This document shows, one piece after another, positions 9,240-19,563 of a DNA stretch of 64,000 nucleotides. The notes beneath the pieces were generated by a model. That model saw only the letters and a program-made list of their open reading frames with translations. It was not told the origin of the DNA and ran no database searches. Position 1 is the first letter of the stretch. Every line of letters begins with the position of its first letter. Source of the DNA: Candidatus Chisholmbacteria bacterium (lineage in GTDB: Bacteria; Patescibacteriota; Microgenomatia; UBA1400; Chisholmbacteraceae); NCBI GenBank assembly GCA_963704905.1, contig CAVPHZ010000002.1, positions 75,011 to 139,010 on the forward strand, read 5' to 3'. The translations under genes and the position numbers were made by a program.

Positions 9240-10523
9240 ATGATACGCAAATTACTTAAACTCGCGAATACTCAAACGGCAATAGACGCTACCTATATGA
9301 CTGTAGCAACTGGGGTGTCGGCTGTTATAGCCGCTATTTTCTTCATTCTTGTAGCCAGATTGACCGGACCAGAAACGTTGGGGCTATTCTCTCTTGCAAC
9401 TGCTGCCAGTTTTATGTTTGCCGATATCTTCGATATCGCGATCAACAATACCCTTATTCGTCATGTAGCCAAAGAGCTAGAACGAAATGAACAAAAGGCA
9501 AGCCAGTTCCTGAAATTTACCCTAAAATTCAAACTTGTCATTGGTGTGGCAATTGTTATCGTTGTAACCTCGTTTGCAGGTATGCTGTCAAAGCTTCTCT
9601 TTGGTAACTCTTTGCCGTTCATTATGATGCTGGTAGGAATCGGAACAGCGTTACATCTTCTCTACACCTTTACAATTTCTCATCTGCAAGCCAGAAAGCA
9701 GTTTCTGAAAGCAGCATTCGGAATTATCCTCATTCCAATCTTACGATTAACAGGTCTTGCTCTTGTTGTAGCATACAAAATGCTCAGACTTACCAGCATT
9801 CTTTCAGCCTATTTCTTCTCACTCCCGGTTGCAGCAGCGATGCTTATCATGTCATCATCTCGAACGTTTTTAAAAGTGAAAAATGAAAATATGATCGCTA
9901 AGCAATTCTTGCGCTACAACATTCCACTTACAGCGGGGTTTGCGCTTGCTTCTATAGGTGGAAGAATTGATAATTTCATTCTTGCCAACCTCGCTGACCC
10001 AAAATCAGTTGGGTTCTATGCAGCGGCATTTCGATTATTTACACCAATTCAATTTTTAGCGGGATCACTCTCTACAGTATTTGCACCCAGGTTTGCAGGA
10101 TTCGAGTCATCTCAAAAGGCCAAGAAATATTTTACAAAATCACTCGTTGGAATAACTCTTCTGAGTATCGTACTTTTATTAGCTATTCCATTCTCATCGT
10201 TTATTGTCAATCTTTTTTACGGTTCAGCTTACATTCCATCTATTCCAGTGCTTCAGATTCTCTTTTTTGGGTTTGCCGCTCTTATGCTTCAGGCACCGTT
10301 TTCATCACTCATTCTCTACTTCTTTTCTAAACCGAAAGTATTTACATTTGTTTCTCTCATTCAACTGATATTTATCATTACTGCTGATTCCATTCTCATT
10401 CCCAAATTTCAGGAAATTGGCGCTTCAATCGCATTTGTCATTACTCAGGGTGTTGTCTTATTGATTTTTGCAACCTATGTATTCAGGGAATTTCAGAAAT
10501 CTGATAGACAGGTGAGAATATGA
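9240..10523 (+). CDS. Oligosaccharide flippase family protein (Wzx/MOP)
   Basis: 427-aa polytopic membrane protein with the topology and length of a Wzx flippase. It is translationally coupled to the downstream glycosyltransferase. Confidence 0.6.
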   Translation: MIRKLLKLANTQTAIDATYMTVATGVSAVIAAIFFILVARLTGPETLGLFSLATAASFMFADIFDIAINNTLIRHVAKELERNEQKASQFLKFTLKFKLVIGVAIVIVVTSFAGMLSKLLFGNSLPFIMMLVGIGTALHLLYTFTISHLQARKQFLKAAFGIILIPILRLTGLALVVAYKMLRLTSILSAYFFSLPVAAAMLIMSSSRTFLKVKNENMIAKQFLRYNIPLTAGFALASIGGRIDNFILANLADPKSVGFYAAAFRLFTPIQFLAGSLSTVFAPRFAGFESSQKAKKYFTKSLVGITLLSIVLLLAIPFSSFIVNLFYGSAYIPSIPVLQILFFGFAALMLQAPFSSLILYFFSKPKVFTFVSLIQLIFIITADSILIPKFQEIGASIAFVITQGVVLLIFATYVFREFQKSDRQVRI

Positions 10524-11314
10524 TAACAGCCCATATGATGATTAAAAATGAAGAGCAGTGGATTTGGTTTGCAATACAATCAATACTGCCTTCCGTTATT
10601 AAAATATTCATTTACGATACTGGATCAACAGACAAAACTAAGCAGATCATTCAATCGATTTCATCGCCCAAGATTGAGCTAAAAGAAAAAGTAGTTACAG
10701 ATAGAGGACAGCTGACGCAATTACGAAATCAAATGGTAAGCGAGACGGAGACAGATTGGTTTCTTCTCGTCGATGGAGATGAAATTTGGCCGGGGCCAGC
10801 GCTAACCAAAATGTCATCAGCGATTCACAACGCAAGTGTGAGTACCTTGGGAATCGTCGTGCGAACTCGGAATTGCGTAGGTGACATATGGCACTATCAA
10901 CCTGAGTCAGCGGGTAAGTATGAACTACTTGGTAGAAAAGGACATCTGACAATTCGAGCCTACCGGAAAGTGGATGGCTTTATGTGGAATGGTATTTATC
11001 CGAATGAAGCGTATTGCGACGCAAAGGGAAATAAAATCAATGAACTGGACGACAAATTGAAATTCGTTGATGTGGCCTACTGGCATGTGACCCATCTGAA
11101 ACGTACTTCCAACCCAGATGATGTTATTGATAGAACAAAAAAAAGAAAAATAGAAAAGGGAATTAAAGCCCACGATAAAGAGCTTCCGGAGGTGTTTTTT
11201 GAGGATCGGCCACACTTTGTCCCTTCTCCTTGGTTTGAACCAAGTAAATTTGAAAGAACTGCAGCTGTAGTACTTACTCCACTTCGTGAATTAAAACGAA
11301 GGTTCAAAAAATGA
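10520..11314 (+). CDS. Glycosyltransferase family 2-like protein
   Basis: MIKNEE start, IYDTGSTDKT (the DxGSxD nucleotide-sugar binding motif) and LLVDGDE (a DxD-like motif). Confidence 0.5.
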   Translation: MITAHMMIKNEEQWIWFAIQSILPSVIKIFIYDTGSTDKTKQIIQSISSPKIELKEKVVTDRGQLTQLRNQMVSETETDWFLLVDGDEIWPGPALTKMSSAIHNASVSTLGIVVRTRNCVGDIWHYQPESAGKYELLGRKGHLTIRAYRKVDGFMWNGIYPNEAYCDAKGNKINELDDKLKFVDVAYWHVTHLKRTSNPDDVIDRTKKRKIEKGIKAHDKELPEVFFEDRPHFVPSPWFEPSKFERTAAVVLTPLRELKRRFKK

Positions 11315-12414
11315 AAATCCTATTTCTGAATATCTATAGCGGTATTAACCGTAGGGGTGCAGAATCGTTCACGAATGAACTCGCAAACCGCTTAGGACGA
11401 AACAATAGCGTCACTTTATTTCAGGCCGGAAACCAGAGCAGCAAGCAGACCGTTGAGATAAAAACATTCAACATGAACGTGCAGCAACCTCAAGAGACAC
11501 TTCCTGACTCACGCATTGGAAAGGTTCAAAAGCGCCTGTTTCTTGATTCAGCAAACAGAAGTGTATTGCTCTTTACCTTAAAAACTATCCCCTTAATCTT
11601 ACGAAGCGCCTTTGAGCTGCTTATCCCGATAAATGGATTCTGGCAACTGCTTCTTTTAAAATTGTTTCAGCCCTTCAAGAGATACAAAATACTTGTTATA
11701 GGGAATTCTGGTCCAGGCTGGGACGAACGGTTTAATCTTTATCTAAAACCAGACGTATTTGTGGCAACGACAGAGCCTTCTGCAGCTTGGGCGAAAAAAA
11801 TCGCCCCCTGGACAAGTGTGGAATACATTCCATACGCTATTGATAAAAATATTTTCTCTGATGCAGAGAAGGTCAATCTCAATCTCTCTGAGCCAATCAT
11901 TCTTTGCCCTTCCGCCCTAGTTACCTATAAACGAGTGGAGTTAGCGATCAAGGCAGTTGCACACTTAAATCGAGGATCATTATTAGTTCTAGGTCAAGGC
12001 CCACTCAAAGAAGACTTAGAAAAAAAAGGAAAACAGCTTCTCGGAAAACGATTTAGGCTCATGAGCGTACCATATAACGAGATGCCCAAGTATTACAAAG
12101 CCTGTCAGCTGGTAACGCTTCCTTCTTCTCCTCAAGAAAATTCTCCCATGGTTTTTCTCGAAAGTTTAGCAGCAGGAAAACTAGTCGTCACCACGGATAA
12201 TCCAAGATCACGCTGGATGCTAGAAGGAGCTGGCTTCTATTGCAATCCAGAGGATGTTGATGACTATGCGCTCTCAATAGAGCGAGCGTTAAATGAAAAT
12301 AATTCTGTTGAAGCAAAACGAAATATCAAAGACGCAAGAATGAAGTTTAACTGGGAAAAAGTAGTATCCAAATACGAGTTTATTATAATCAAAGATAATG
12401 ATATTAAGAAATAG
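11311..12414 (+). CDS. Glycosyltransferase family 4 (GT-B)
   Basis: C-terminal SPMVFLESLAAGKLVVTTD matches the GT4 E(x7)E/GxPVV region. 367 aa, ATGA-coupled. Confidence 0.55.
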   Translation: MKILFLNIYSGINRRGAESFTNELANRLGRNNSVTLFQAGNQSSKQTVEIKTFNMNVQQPQETLPDSRIGKVQKRLFLDSANRSVLLFTLKTIPLILRSAFELLIPINGFWQLLLLKLFQPFKRYKILVIGNSGPGWDERFNLYLKPDVFVATTEPSAAWAKKIAPWTSVEYIPYAIDKNIFSDAEKVNLNLSEPIILCPSALVTYKRVELAIKAVAHLNRGSLLVLGQGPLKEDLEKKGKQLLGKRFRLMSVPYNEMPKYYKACQLVTLPSSPQENSPMVFLESLAAGKLVVTTDNPRSRWMLEGAGFYCNPEDVDDYALSIERALNENNSVEAKRNIKDARMKFNWEKVVSKYEFIIIKDNDIKK

Positions 12415-13249
12415 AGAACCTCTAATTTCAGTAATAATTCCAACCTTTAATGAGCAAGATTGCATCAGTGATTGTTTAGACTCTCTCAAGAAACAAACCT
12501 ACAAGAGTATTGAAATCATCGTAGTTGATGATGGTTCAAGAGATAAAACCAGGAAAATATTGAAAAATGTTAGAGGGATCAAAGTGCTCACTCAAGAACA
12601 TCGTGGCCCTGGAGCAGCCAGAAATAAGGGAGCAAAAAAAGCAAAAGGGAAAATACTTGTATTTGTTGATGCTGACATGACATTTAACCCAAAATTTATC
12701 CATCTACTGACAAAACCTATTCGAGAAGGAGATACTGTCGGTACATTTAGCAAGGAAGAGTATGTCGCAAATTTTGAGAATAAATGGGCTCGAAATTGGT
12801 CACTTAACCGTGGATGGAAAGAAGGAAGAATGCATCCAAAAGATCAACCAGATTCACAAAAGGTATATAGAGCGATAAGAAAGGATAAATTCGATGAATC
12901 TGGCGGATTTAATACCAAAATCGGTTATACGGATGACTGGAGCATAGCTGAAAAGCTCAACCAGCTAGCAACCCATGCACCCGGAGCCATATTCTTTCAC
13001 AAAAATCCCGAAACCTTGCATGAGGTATTCAATCAAGCAAAATGGATGGCAAAGCGTCCCTACAAACTCGGTATCATAGGCAGAACAATTGCACTTCTGA
13101 GAGTTTCATTTCCCATTTCATTTCTGTTAGGGCTATTGAAAGCAATCAAACACAATACTCCATCATTTCTCATCTTTAAGTTGGTGACAGATCTGGCACA
13201 ATTTGTAGGTATCTCGCAACTCTATGTTGGAGGGTCTCGTGCAAAGTAA
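12398..13249 (+). CDS. Glycosyltransferase family 2
   Basis: ISVIIPTFNEQDCISDCLDSLKKQTYKSIEIIVVDDGSRDKT is the classic GT2 N-terminus, followed by VFVDADM (DxD). Confidence 0.7.
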   Translation: MILRNREPLISVIIPTFNEQDCISDCLDSLKKQTYKSIEIIVVDDGSRDKTRKILKNVRGIKVLTQEHRGPGAARNKGAKKAKGKILVFVDADMTFNPKFIHLLTKPIREGDTVGTFSKEEYVANFENKWARNWSLNRGWKEGRMHPKDQPDSQKVYRAIRKDKFDESGGFNTKIGYTDDWSIAEKLNQLATHAPGAIFFHKNPETLHEVFNQAKWMAKRPYKLGIIGRTIALLRVSFPISFLLGLLKAIKHNTPSFLIFKLVTDLAQFVGISQLYVGGSRAK

Positions 13250-14645
13250 GAACAACAGCCATGTTCTAGCAAATAACTACATGATCATTGGATTAATTCT
13301 ACTGTGTGCAATAATTCTCAGACTGATCTCAATCCAACAGTCGTTTTGGCTAGATGAAGCAATCAATGTCTTAGCTGTTAACAAATATTCACTCACTCAA
13401 CTCCTTACAGTATATGCAGTTGGAGATTTTCACCCTCCACTTTTCCACCTCATGCTCTGGTCATGGTCAAAAGTGACTTCTTCGTCTGAGTTTTTTATGA
13501 GATTACCATCCGTCGTTTTTGGAGTGGCTACGGTGTATGTAATATTTTTAATTGGAAAGTTGATCGCTGCTAACCAGAAAGAGCGATTCATTCCGATAGT
13601 AAGTGCTGTACTTTTAGCCACATCAGGGTTGCATATCTATTATTCTCAAGAAGCCAGAATGTATTCGCTTGCTGCATTTCTCTCAACACTTACATTGTTA
13701 TTCCTTCTCCAGATAAAACAAAAACCCTCAAAAGTGACTAATACCATGTATATTGTTGTGCTTACTCTCATGCTCTATGCCGATTATCAACCATGGCTAC
13801 TCATTCCTCTTCTGATTTTTATTGTACCGATCCAAACAATAGTTAGCCTGTTTCTCACAGTACCTCTTTGGCCACTCATAGCCAGTCAGCTCAAAATCGG
13901 CCTTTCAACCGCTTCGGATTTTCCATTGTGGGGTGATGTCGTTGGAAAATTATCTGCAAAATCGCTTCTTCTTGTACCTGTGAAATTTCTGGTTGGACGG
14001 GTATCTGTAGAGAATAATATTGTGTTTGGAATATTGCTTCTTATCCCTATACTTATAGCTGCTGTAGCGATTTTCAGAGCCTTAAAACATAATCATCAAA
14101 CTACCAATATTCTGCTGGGATGGATACTTTTGCCGCTTACGCTTGGAGCTCTGATTGCGGTAAAAGTTCCGGTATTTTCTTACTTTCGATTTATTTTTCT
14201 TCTTCCTGCGGTGTATCTTCTCATCGCAGTCGGATTTTCTAGGCTTACAATTTCTTTCAGAAAACTAGCAATTGCAGGCCTCATCCTAACAAACATTATT
14301 TCATCGTCCGCATATCTTTTATTGACTCGATTCCATCGAGAGGACTGGAGAGGAGTCATGAACTATGCCAATTCATTGAACCAGAACTCACTCATTATGA
14401 TTCCCAACCTTGCGCAATCAGCCGGAGTTGAAATGTATAATTCAAAAAACATTAAAATTCAAGATAAAAATACAATTAACCTTTCAAGCAAGCCAACAGA
14501 GGTGCTCTTTATCAGATATGTTCAAGAAATATTTGATCCATATGAAACAATTAATACGAACCTTCAGAAGGATGGCTATGAAAAGGTACAGGAAAAAAGT
14601 TTTCAAGGTGTTTTAGTTTGGCATTACACGTACACTGGGAGCTAA
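13224..14645 (+). CDS. GT-C fold membrane glycosyltransferase (family 39/83-like)
   Basis: 473 aa and polytopic. A first periplasmic loop carrying WLDEAINV follows TM1, as in the PMT_2/ArnT family. Confidence 0.55.
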   Translation: MLEGLVQSKNNSHVLANNYMIIGLILLCAIILRLISIQQSFWLDEAINVLAVNKYSLTQLLTVYAVGDFHPPLFHLMLWSWSKVTSSSEFFMRLPSVVFGVATVYVIFLIGKLIAANQKERFIPIVSAVLLATSGLHIYYSQEARMYSLAAFLSTLTLLFLLQIKQKPSKVTNTMYIVVLTLMLYADYQPWLLIPLLIFIVPIQTIVSLFLTVPLWPLIASQLKIGLSTASDFPLWGDVVGKLSAKSLLLVPVKFLVGRVSVENNIVFGILLLIPILIAAVAIFRALKHNHQTTNILLGWILLPLTLGALIAVKVPVFSYFRFIFLLPAVYLLIAVGFSRLTISFRKLAIAGLILTNIISSSAYLLLTRFHREDWRGVMNYANSLNQNSLIMIPNLAQSAGVEMYNSKNIKIQDKNTINLSSKPTEVLFIRYVQEIFDPYETINTNLQKDGYEKVQEKSFQGVLVWHYTYTGS

Positions 14646-14648
14646 GGA

Positions 14649-15761
14649 ATGAAAATAGCAATTGATGTAACGGCCAGTATCTACGAGGGAACCGGGGTCG
14701 CAACCTACTACAACAATCTCATACCGAGATTGCTAAAACGTGCTCCTCATCACGAATTCATCCTCTTTGGATACTCGCTTCGTAGGCAAAAAGATCTGAA
14801 ACTTGCAAACAAAACCTTTCCATTTCCCCCAGGTCTCATGGAGATTATCTGGAACCGATTACATATCATACCTGTGGAAAGACTGGTAGGGGAGTGCGAT
14901 ATTCTCCATACCTGGGACTACATACAAGCACCGACAAGAAATGCAAAAGTCGTAACCACCATTCACGATCTAACACCTCTTAAATTTCCTAAACAGCAGC
15001 ATTCCAGAACCATAAAAGCATATAAACAAGGACTGAAGTGGGTGAAAAAAAGTGCTTCAGCGATCATTGCTGACTCACTCTCAACCAAACAAGATATTAT
15101 TGATTTGCTCAAAATTCCTAAGAACAAAATATTTACCGTGTATCTAGCCGCACCAGATCATTTTCATGACTTTTGTAAATTAAACCATAAAGATCAAGAA
15201 GTTCATATGAAGCAAGTAAAGAGTAAATACTCGATTGAGAATAAGTACCTCTTGTTTGTAGGTACTCAGGAGCCTAGAAAAAATCTTGAGAGAGTAATAA
15301 ACGCATTCAAGACACTCAACTCACAATTTCAATTAATCATTGCGGGAAATGTTGGCTGGGGAAAACGGATAAAGCCCGCAGAAAATGTGAAAACAATTGG
15401 ATTCGTAAGCGATCAGGATCTTCCAGCTCTGTTTGCAGGTGCTTCATGTTTTATTTACCCATCTCTCTATGAAGGTTTTGGGTTACCTGTCATAGAAGCT
15501 ATGGCTGTTGGCTGTCCAGTAGTTACCTCCGATAGAGGAAGTTTAGCTGAAATTTCCGGGGATGCTGCTGTATTGGTAAATCCTGAGAGTGTTGAGGCTA
15601 TATTATTTGGAATTGAATCAGCACTCAATAATAGTCAATCGCTTTCTGAAAAGGGCAAACAACGAGCAAAAGAATTTAGCTGGGATATGACTGCAGAGTA
15701 CACACTTGCAGTCTACGAGCGGATTGGTCAGCAGAGAAGTAGTATGGTTAAGAAACAGTAA
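14649..15761 (+). CDS. Glycosyltransferase family 4
   Basis: EGFGLPVIEAMAVGCPVVTSDRGSLAEI is the GT4 signature; 370 aa. Confidence 0.75.
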   Translation: MKIAIDVTASIYEGTGVATYYNNLIPRLLKRAPHHEFILFGYSLRRQKDLKLANKTFPFPPGLMEIIWNRLHIIPVERLVGECDILHTWDYIQAPTRNAKVVTTIHDLTPLKFPKQQHSRTIKAYKQGLKWVKKSASAIIADSLSTKQDIIDLLKIPKNKIFTVYLAAPDHFHDFCKLNHKDQEVHMKQVKSKYSIENKYLLFVGTQEPRKNLERVINAFKTLNSQFQLIIAGNVGWGKRIKPAENVKTIGFVSDQDLPALFAGASCFIYPSLYEGFGLPVIEAMAVGCPVVTSDRGSLAEISGDAAVLVNPESVEAILFGIESALNNSQSLSEKGKQRAKEFSWDMTAEYTLAVYERIGQQRSSMVKKQ

Positions 15762-15778
15762 AAACTTCAAGTTTGTTT

Positions 15779-16909
15779 TTATCCACGCTGATATTTATAA
15801 ATTACCATAACTGTTTGTGCAACCAGAACATACAATAAGGGAAGAGCAAGTAAAATGTATCGAGGAAATACCACATGAGTTGATTGAAACAGCAGGTAGA
15901 GCATCAGCCAGCCGAAGATCGTGCTAGCCTCTTTATTAACTTGTCGCTTTAAAGTCAGATACCCAAAAATGGGAAGTGCTAAAAAGGTACTAAGTGGCCA
16001 AGCAACCCAATACTCTTTAACTGGTTGGATGAGTGGATCTGTAAACCAGGTTCTCCATTCACCAATTAGTAAAATTCTCCAGATCTCAAACCATGGATAG
16101 TCGGGAAGATACGATCGATACAAACGGGCAATATCAACATGAAGCCACAGAAAATCAACAATCGAATGATTAATAAAAAACACAAGATAAGAAGTGAGGT
16201 ATACACCTAGACTCATAAGAGTTATTAGCAACATCGATTCAGCTTTCCCTTTAGCTTTTCTACTCCAGAGAATAAACATGGAATAGAGATAGAGCAATAC
16301 GCCAACAAATATTGCTTTGGATGCAATTGCCGCACCAACAACAATACCTAGAGCAATGAGTACTCTCCTGGTTTTTTTGGGTAACACCAATAACAAGATT
16401 GCAGTAAGAATAAAAAATAATTGTGGCATGTCAAGATTAACAGTCTGGCTGCGTTCAATGAACAATGGGTCAAATGCTAGAACTAGCGCTGGAATGAGGC
16501 TAAGAGACTGTGAAAGACCAATTTGCCTAGCAATGATAGAGGTGCACAAGAGTACGCCAAAGCTCAAAATAAATTGTATCAGCAGAATATTTCCACTGAG
16601 TAAATAAGAAATACCAAATAGATATTTTGCTAGCGGTGGATCCTCAAAATTGATTTCAGTGGGGTCTTTGCCCTGTACATATTCAAGCGCGGCATAGGTT
16701 CGCAGATCTTCATCGCTCATATTGCCAAAAAATTCATATTCCCCATTGAGGTTGTACTGCGAGTGGAGCCATATTTCGCGCAATTGACGAACATTGGTAT
16801 TTTGTCTTGGGGAATTATAAAAAGTTGAAAATGATCGAACGAGTATGAGTGTTGCAATTGTACTAATGAAAAGCATCTTCAGCAAATGCATGAATGGAGT
16901 ATACAACAA
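15779..16909 (-). CDS. GT-C fold membrane glycosyltransferase, protein-O-mannosyltransferase (PMT)-like
   Basis: 376 aa and polytopic. Loop 1 contains DEDLRTYAALEY and EDPPLAKYL, resembling the PMT DE and HPPLAK motifs. Confidence 0.55.
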   Translation of the reverse strand: MLYTPFMHLLKMLFISTIATLILVRSFSTFYNSPRQNTNVRQLREIWLHSQYNLNGEYEFFGNMSDEDLRTYAALEYVQGKDPTEINFEDPPLAKYLFGISYLLSGNILLIQFILSFGVLLCTSIIARQIGLSQSLSLIPALVLAFDPLFIERSQTVNLDMPQLFFILTAILLLVLPKKTRRVLIALGIVVGAAIASKAIFVGVLLYLYSMFILWSRKAKGKAESMLLITLMSLGVYLTSYLVFFINHSIVDFLWLHVDIARLYRSYLPDYPWFEIWRILLIGEWRTWFTDPLIQPVKEYWVAWPLSTFLALPIFGYLTLKRQVNKEASTIFGWLMLYLLFQSTHVVFPRYILLALPLLYVLVAQTVMVIYKYQRG

Positions 16910-16945
16910 GAGGTTTCAAGAGGTCTCCAATGATATACTGTCTCC

Positions 16946-18055
16946 ATGACTATCGGAATAGATGGGAATGAAGCAAATATAAACAGACGTGTTGGAAGCA
17001 ATATTTACGCGTATAAGTTGCTTGAAGGGTTTCAAAAGCTCGACAGTAGTAATAACTTCATAGTCTATCTCAAGTCTCAAGCTCGTGAGGAGATGCCTCC
17101 GACATCCATGAGATGGAAATACCACACACTTCAACCGAAAGCGTTCTGGACGAGATTTCGGCTTCCGTTAGAGCTATTTCTAAACCGCTCAAAAATATCA
17201 GTGTTTTTCACACCTGGACATTACGCGCCAAAATATAGTCCGGTTCCTTTGGCAGTTTCAGTGATGGATCTTTCATATTTATATTATCCAGAAATGTTTA
17301 AGAAAGGGGATTTATATAAATTAATGAATTGGACAGCAGATTCAATAAAAAGAGCAGATCACATTTTCACGATTTCGAATTTCAACAAAACTGAAATTGT
17401 AAAATACTATCAAGTACCAGAGGAAATAATTACAGTTACGTATCCTGGATTGGGTAAACCGGTTAGTTCAGCTAGGGGTGATGATGAATTTCTATCTTTG
17501 AAAGAAAAACTAAACATTCCAGATAAATATCTTCTGTATTTGGGGACTTTGCAGCCACGAAAAAACATCGTAAAAATGATCCAGGCATTTTCAATGCTTG
17601 ATCAACCAGACGTTTATCTTGTCATCGCAGGAAAAAAGGGCTGGCATTACAAAGATATCTTTGAAACTGCGAATAAATCTGGTGTTTCTGATAGAATCAT
17701 CTTTACTGGCTATGTAACTGATAATATAAAATGGGTGCTTTTAAAAAAGGCATCAGCTCTGGTTTTAGTGAGTTTATATGAAGGATTTGGAATACCAGTT
17801 GCCGAAGCGATGCAAGTTGGAACTCCAGTCGTGATATCAAATGCATCTAGTCTTCCAGAGATAACTGGAGAAGTTGGAATTCAAGTTGATCCAGGGTTGA
17901 GAGAAAGCATTGCATCAGGTTTATCCAAAGCAGTTCATTTAAATGAATCCCAGAGAAAACAATTAGCCATGAAAAGTAAAAAGATAGCAGAACGCTATTC
18001 ATGGGAGAATGCAACTAAAAAGACGTTGGAGGTACTCTATGAACTCGCCATTTAA
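16946..18055 (+). CDS. Glycosyltransferase family 4
   Basis: EGFGIPVAEAMQVGTPVVISNASSLPEI is the GT4 signature. Confidence 0.75.
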   Translation: MTIGIDGNEANINRRVGSNIYAYKLLEGFQKLDSSNNFIVYLKSQAREEMPPTSMRWKYHTLQPKAFWTRFRLPLELFLNRSKISVFFTPGHYAPKYSPVPLAVSVMDLSYLYYPEMFKKGDLYKLMNWTADSIKRADHIFTISNFNKTEIVKYYQVPEEIITVTYPGLGKPVSSARGDDEFLSLKEKLNIPDKYLLYLGTLQPRKNIVKMIQAFSMLDQPDVYLVIAGKKGWHYKDIFETANKSGVSDRIIFTGYVTDNIKWVLLKKASALVLVSLYEGFGIPVAEAMQVGTPVVISNASSLPEITGEVGIQVDPGLRESIASGLSKAVHLNESQRKQLAMKSKKIAERYSWENATKKTLEVLYELAI

Positions 18056-18644
18056 AGACAGAATGGGAAACCAACTAACTTGGAATGAAGCAAACAACAA
18101 AATAGCTTTCCGAATGAAAAGCTATTCAATAGAGATGACGACATCACTGTTGTGGTGGTTGAGTTTTTTACCCTCGCACACACTGCGCAAGATCTTGATC
18201 AAAGCTGCTGGTGTGAAAATCGGAATAAATTCCTATATCCACATCGGCTGCAGATTCTTTGAACCAACAAATATTTCTGTTGGAACGGGGACAATCATCG
18301 GTGACAATGTTGTACTAGATGGAAGAGACTCATTGGAAATAGGTGATCACGTCGACATCGCTTCTCATGTGATGATCTATAACGGAAGCCGAGACATACA
18401 TACCGAGGATTTTAAACTCGTTTTAAGACCTGTGAAGATTGGCAATTATGTGTTTATTGGACCACGTGCTGTGATTTTACCCGGAGTCACGATAGGAGAT
18501 GGAGCTGTTATTGGAGCTGGAGCGGTAGTTACAAAAGATATTCCACCCAACGTTCTGGCTGGAGGGGTTCCAGCAAGAGTGATAAAACAGCGAAATGTAA
18601 AACAACTGAAATACCGCCTTGGTAGAGCCCGTCTGTTTCTCTAA
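18039..18644 (+). CDS. Hexapeptide-repeat (LbH) acetyltransferase, WcaF/maltose O-acetyltransferase-like, with an N-terminal TM anchor
   Basis: Tandem hexapeptide repeats (IGDNVVLDG...IGDHVDIAS...IGNYVFIGP...IGDGAVIGAGAVV). A GGAGGT ribosome-binding site lies 5 nt before the ATG at 18039. The ORF track starts earlier at 18009. Confidence 0.7.
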   Translation: MNSPFKDRMGNQLTWNEANNKIAFRMKSYSIEMTTSLLWWLSFLPSHTLRKILIKAAGVKIGINSYIHIGCRFFEPTNISVGTGTIIGDNVVLDGRDSLEIGDHVDIASHVMIYNGSRDIHTEDFKLVLRPVKIGNYVFIGPRAVILPGVTIGDGAVIGAGAVVTKDIPPNVLAGGVPARVIKQRNVKQLKYRLGRARLFL

Positions 18645-18678
18645 TTGAAGCAGAAGATAGATTTATCTCCTCAAAGTC

Positions 18679-19563
18679 ATGAAACTTTCAATTATCATCA
18701 TCAGTCACAATACTCAGGAATTGCTCGCCCAGACAATAGCATCGATACCGATGAAATCTGACTGGGAGTTAATCATCGTGGACAATGCTTCGTCAGATGA
18801 TTCAGTAAAAATGATTAAGAAACGCTATCCAAAAGTAAAGCTTATAATCAACAATAATAATCTCGGATTCGCAAAAGCCAACAATCAAGGAATTGCGGTA
18901 GCAAATGGTGAGTTTATATTCCTGCTCAACTCAGATACATTGGTCCATGAACAAGCCATCGATGAATTAGTACGAATCATGCAAGCTAATACGGATGTTG
19001 GCATTGTCACCGGTCAGCTTCTAAATGCAGACGGTACAATTCAACCTCAAGGTGGATATCTTCCTACTCTAGTTCGTGTAATCCATTGGATGTTCTTTAT
19101 AGATGATATTCCCGGAGTGAAAAGATTGTTAAAGCCATATCAGCTTCGGGATCAATCACTGTTTAAGCAAGAGTTAAACCTTGGCTGGGTAAGTGGGACA
19201 GCAATGATGATACGCCGTCAAGTACTAGATCAGGTTGGTTACCTCAGTGAAGAGTTCTTCATGTATGGAGAAGATGTTGAATTTTGCATGAGAGTAAAAC
19301 GAGCTAATTGGATAATCGTTTCTGCACCGAGAGCAAAAATAACGCATTTATCCCATAAAAGTTCTGGAGGGTTACCTACGGCTGCATATGTAGGAGAATT
19401 CAAGGCGATAAAAATAATATTTGAGAAGAAAACCAAACTCGAATTCATTCTGGTAAGGGCAGTTCTTAAACTAGGTGCGCTCCTCCGAATGATAATCTTT
19501 GGTATACTGCAAGGCAGGAAAACCTCCTATGAAGCGTATAAAAAAGCTTTCAACCTGGCTTGA
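18679..19563 (+). CDS. Glycosyltransferase family 2
   Basis: MKLSIIIISHNT...IIVDNASSDDS followed by LLNSDT (DxD-like). Confidence 0.7.
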   Translation: MKLSIIIISHNTQELLAQTIASIPMKSDWELIIVDNASSDDSVKMIKKRYPKVKLIINNNNLGFAKANNQGIAVANGEFIFLLNSDTLVHEQAIDELVRIMQANTDVGIVTGQLLNADGTIQPQGGYLPTLVRVIHWMFFIDDIPGVKRLLKPYQLRDQSLFKQELNLGWVSGTAMMIRRQVLDQVGYLSEEFFMYGEDVEFCMRVKRANWIIVSAPRAKITHLSHKSSGGLPTAAYVGEFKAIKIIFEKKTKLEFILVRAVLKLGALLRMIIFGILQGRKTSYEAYKKAFNLA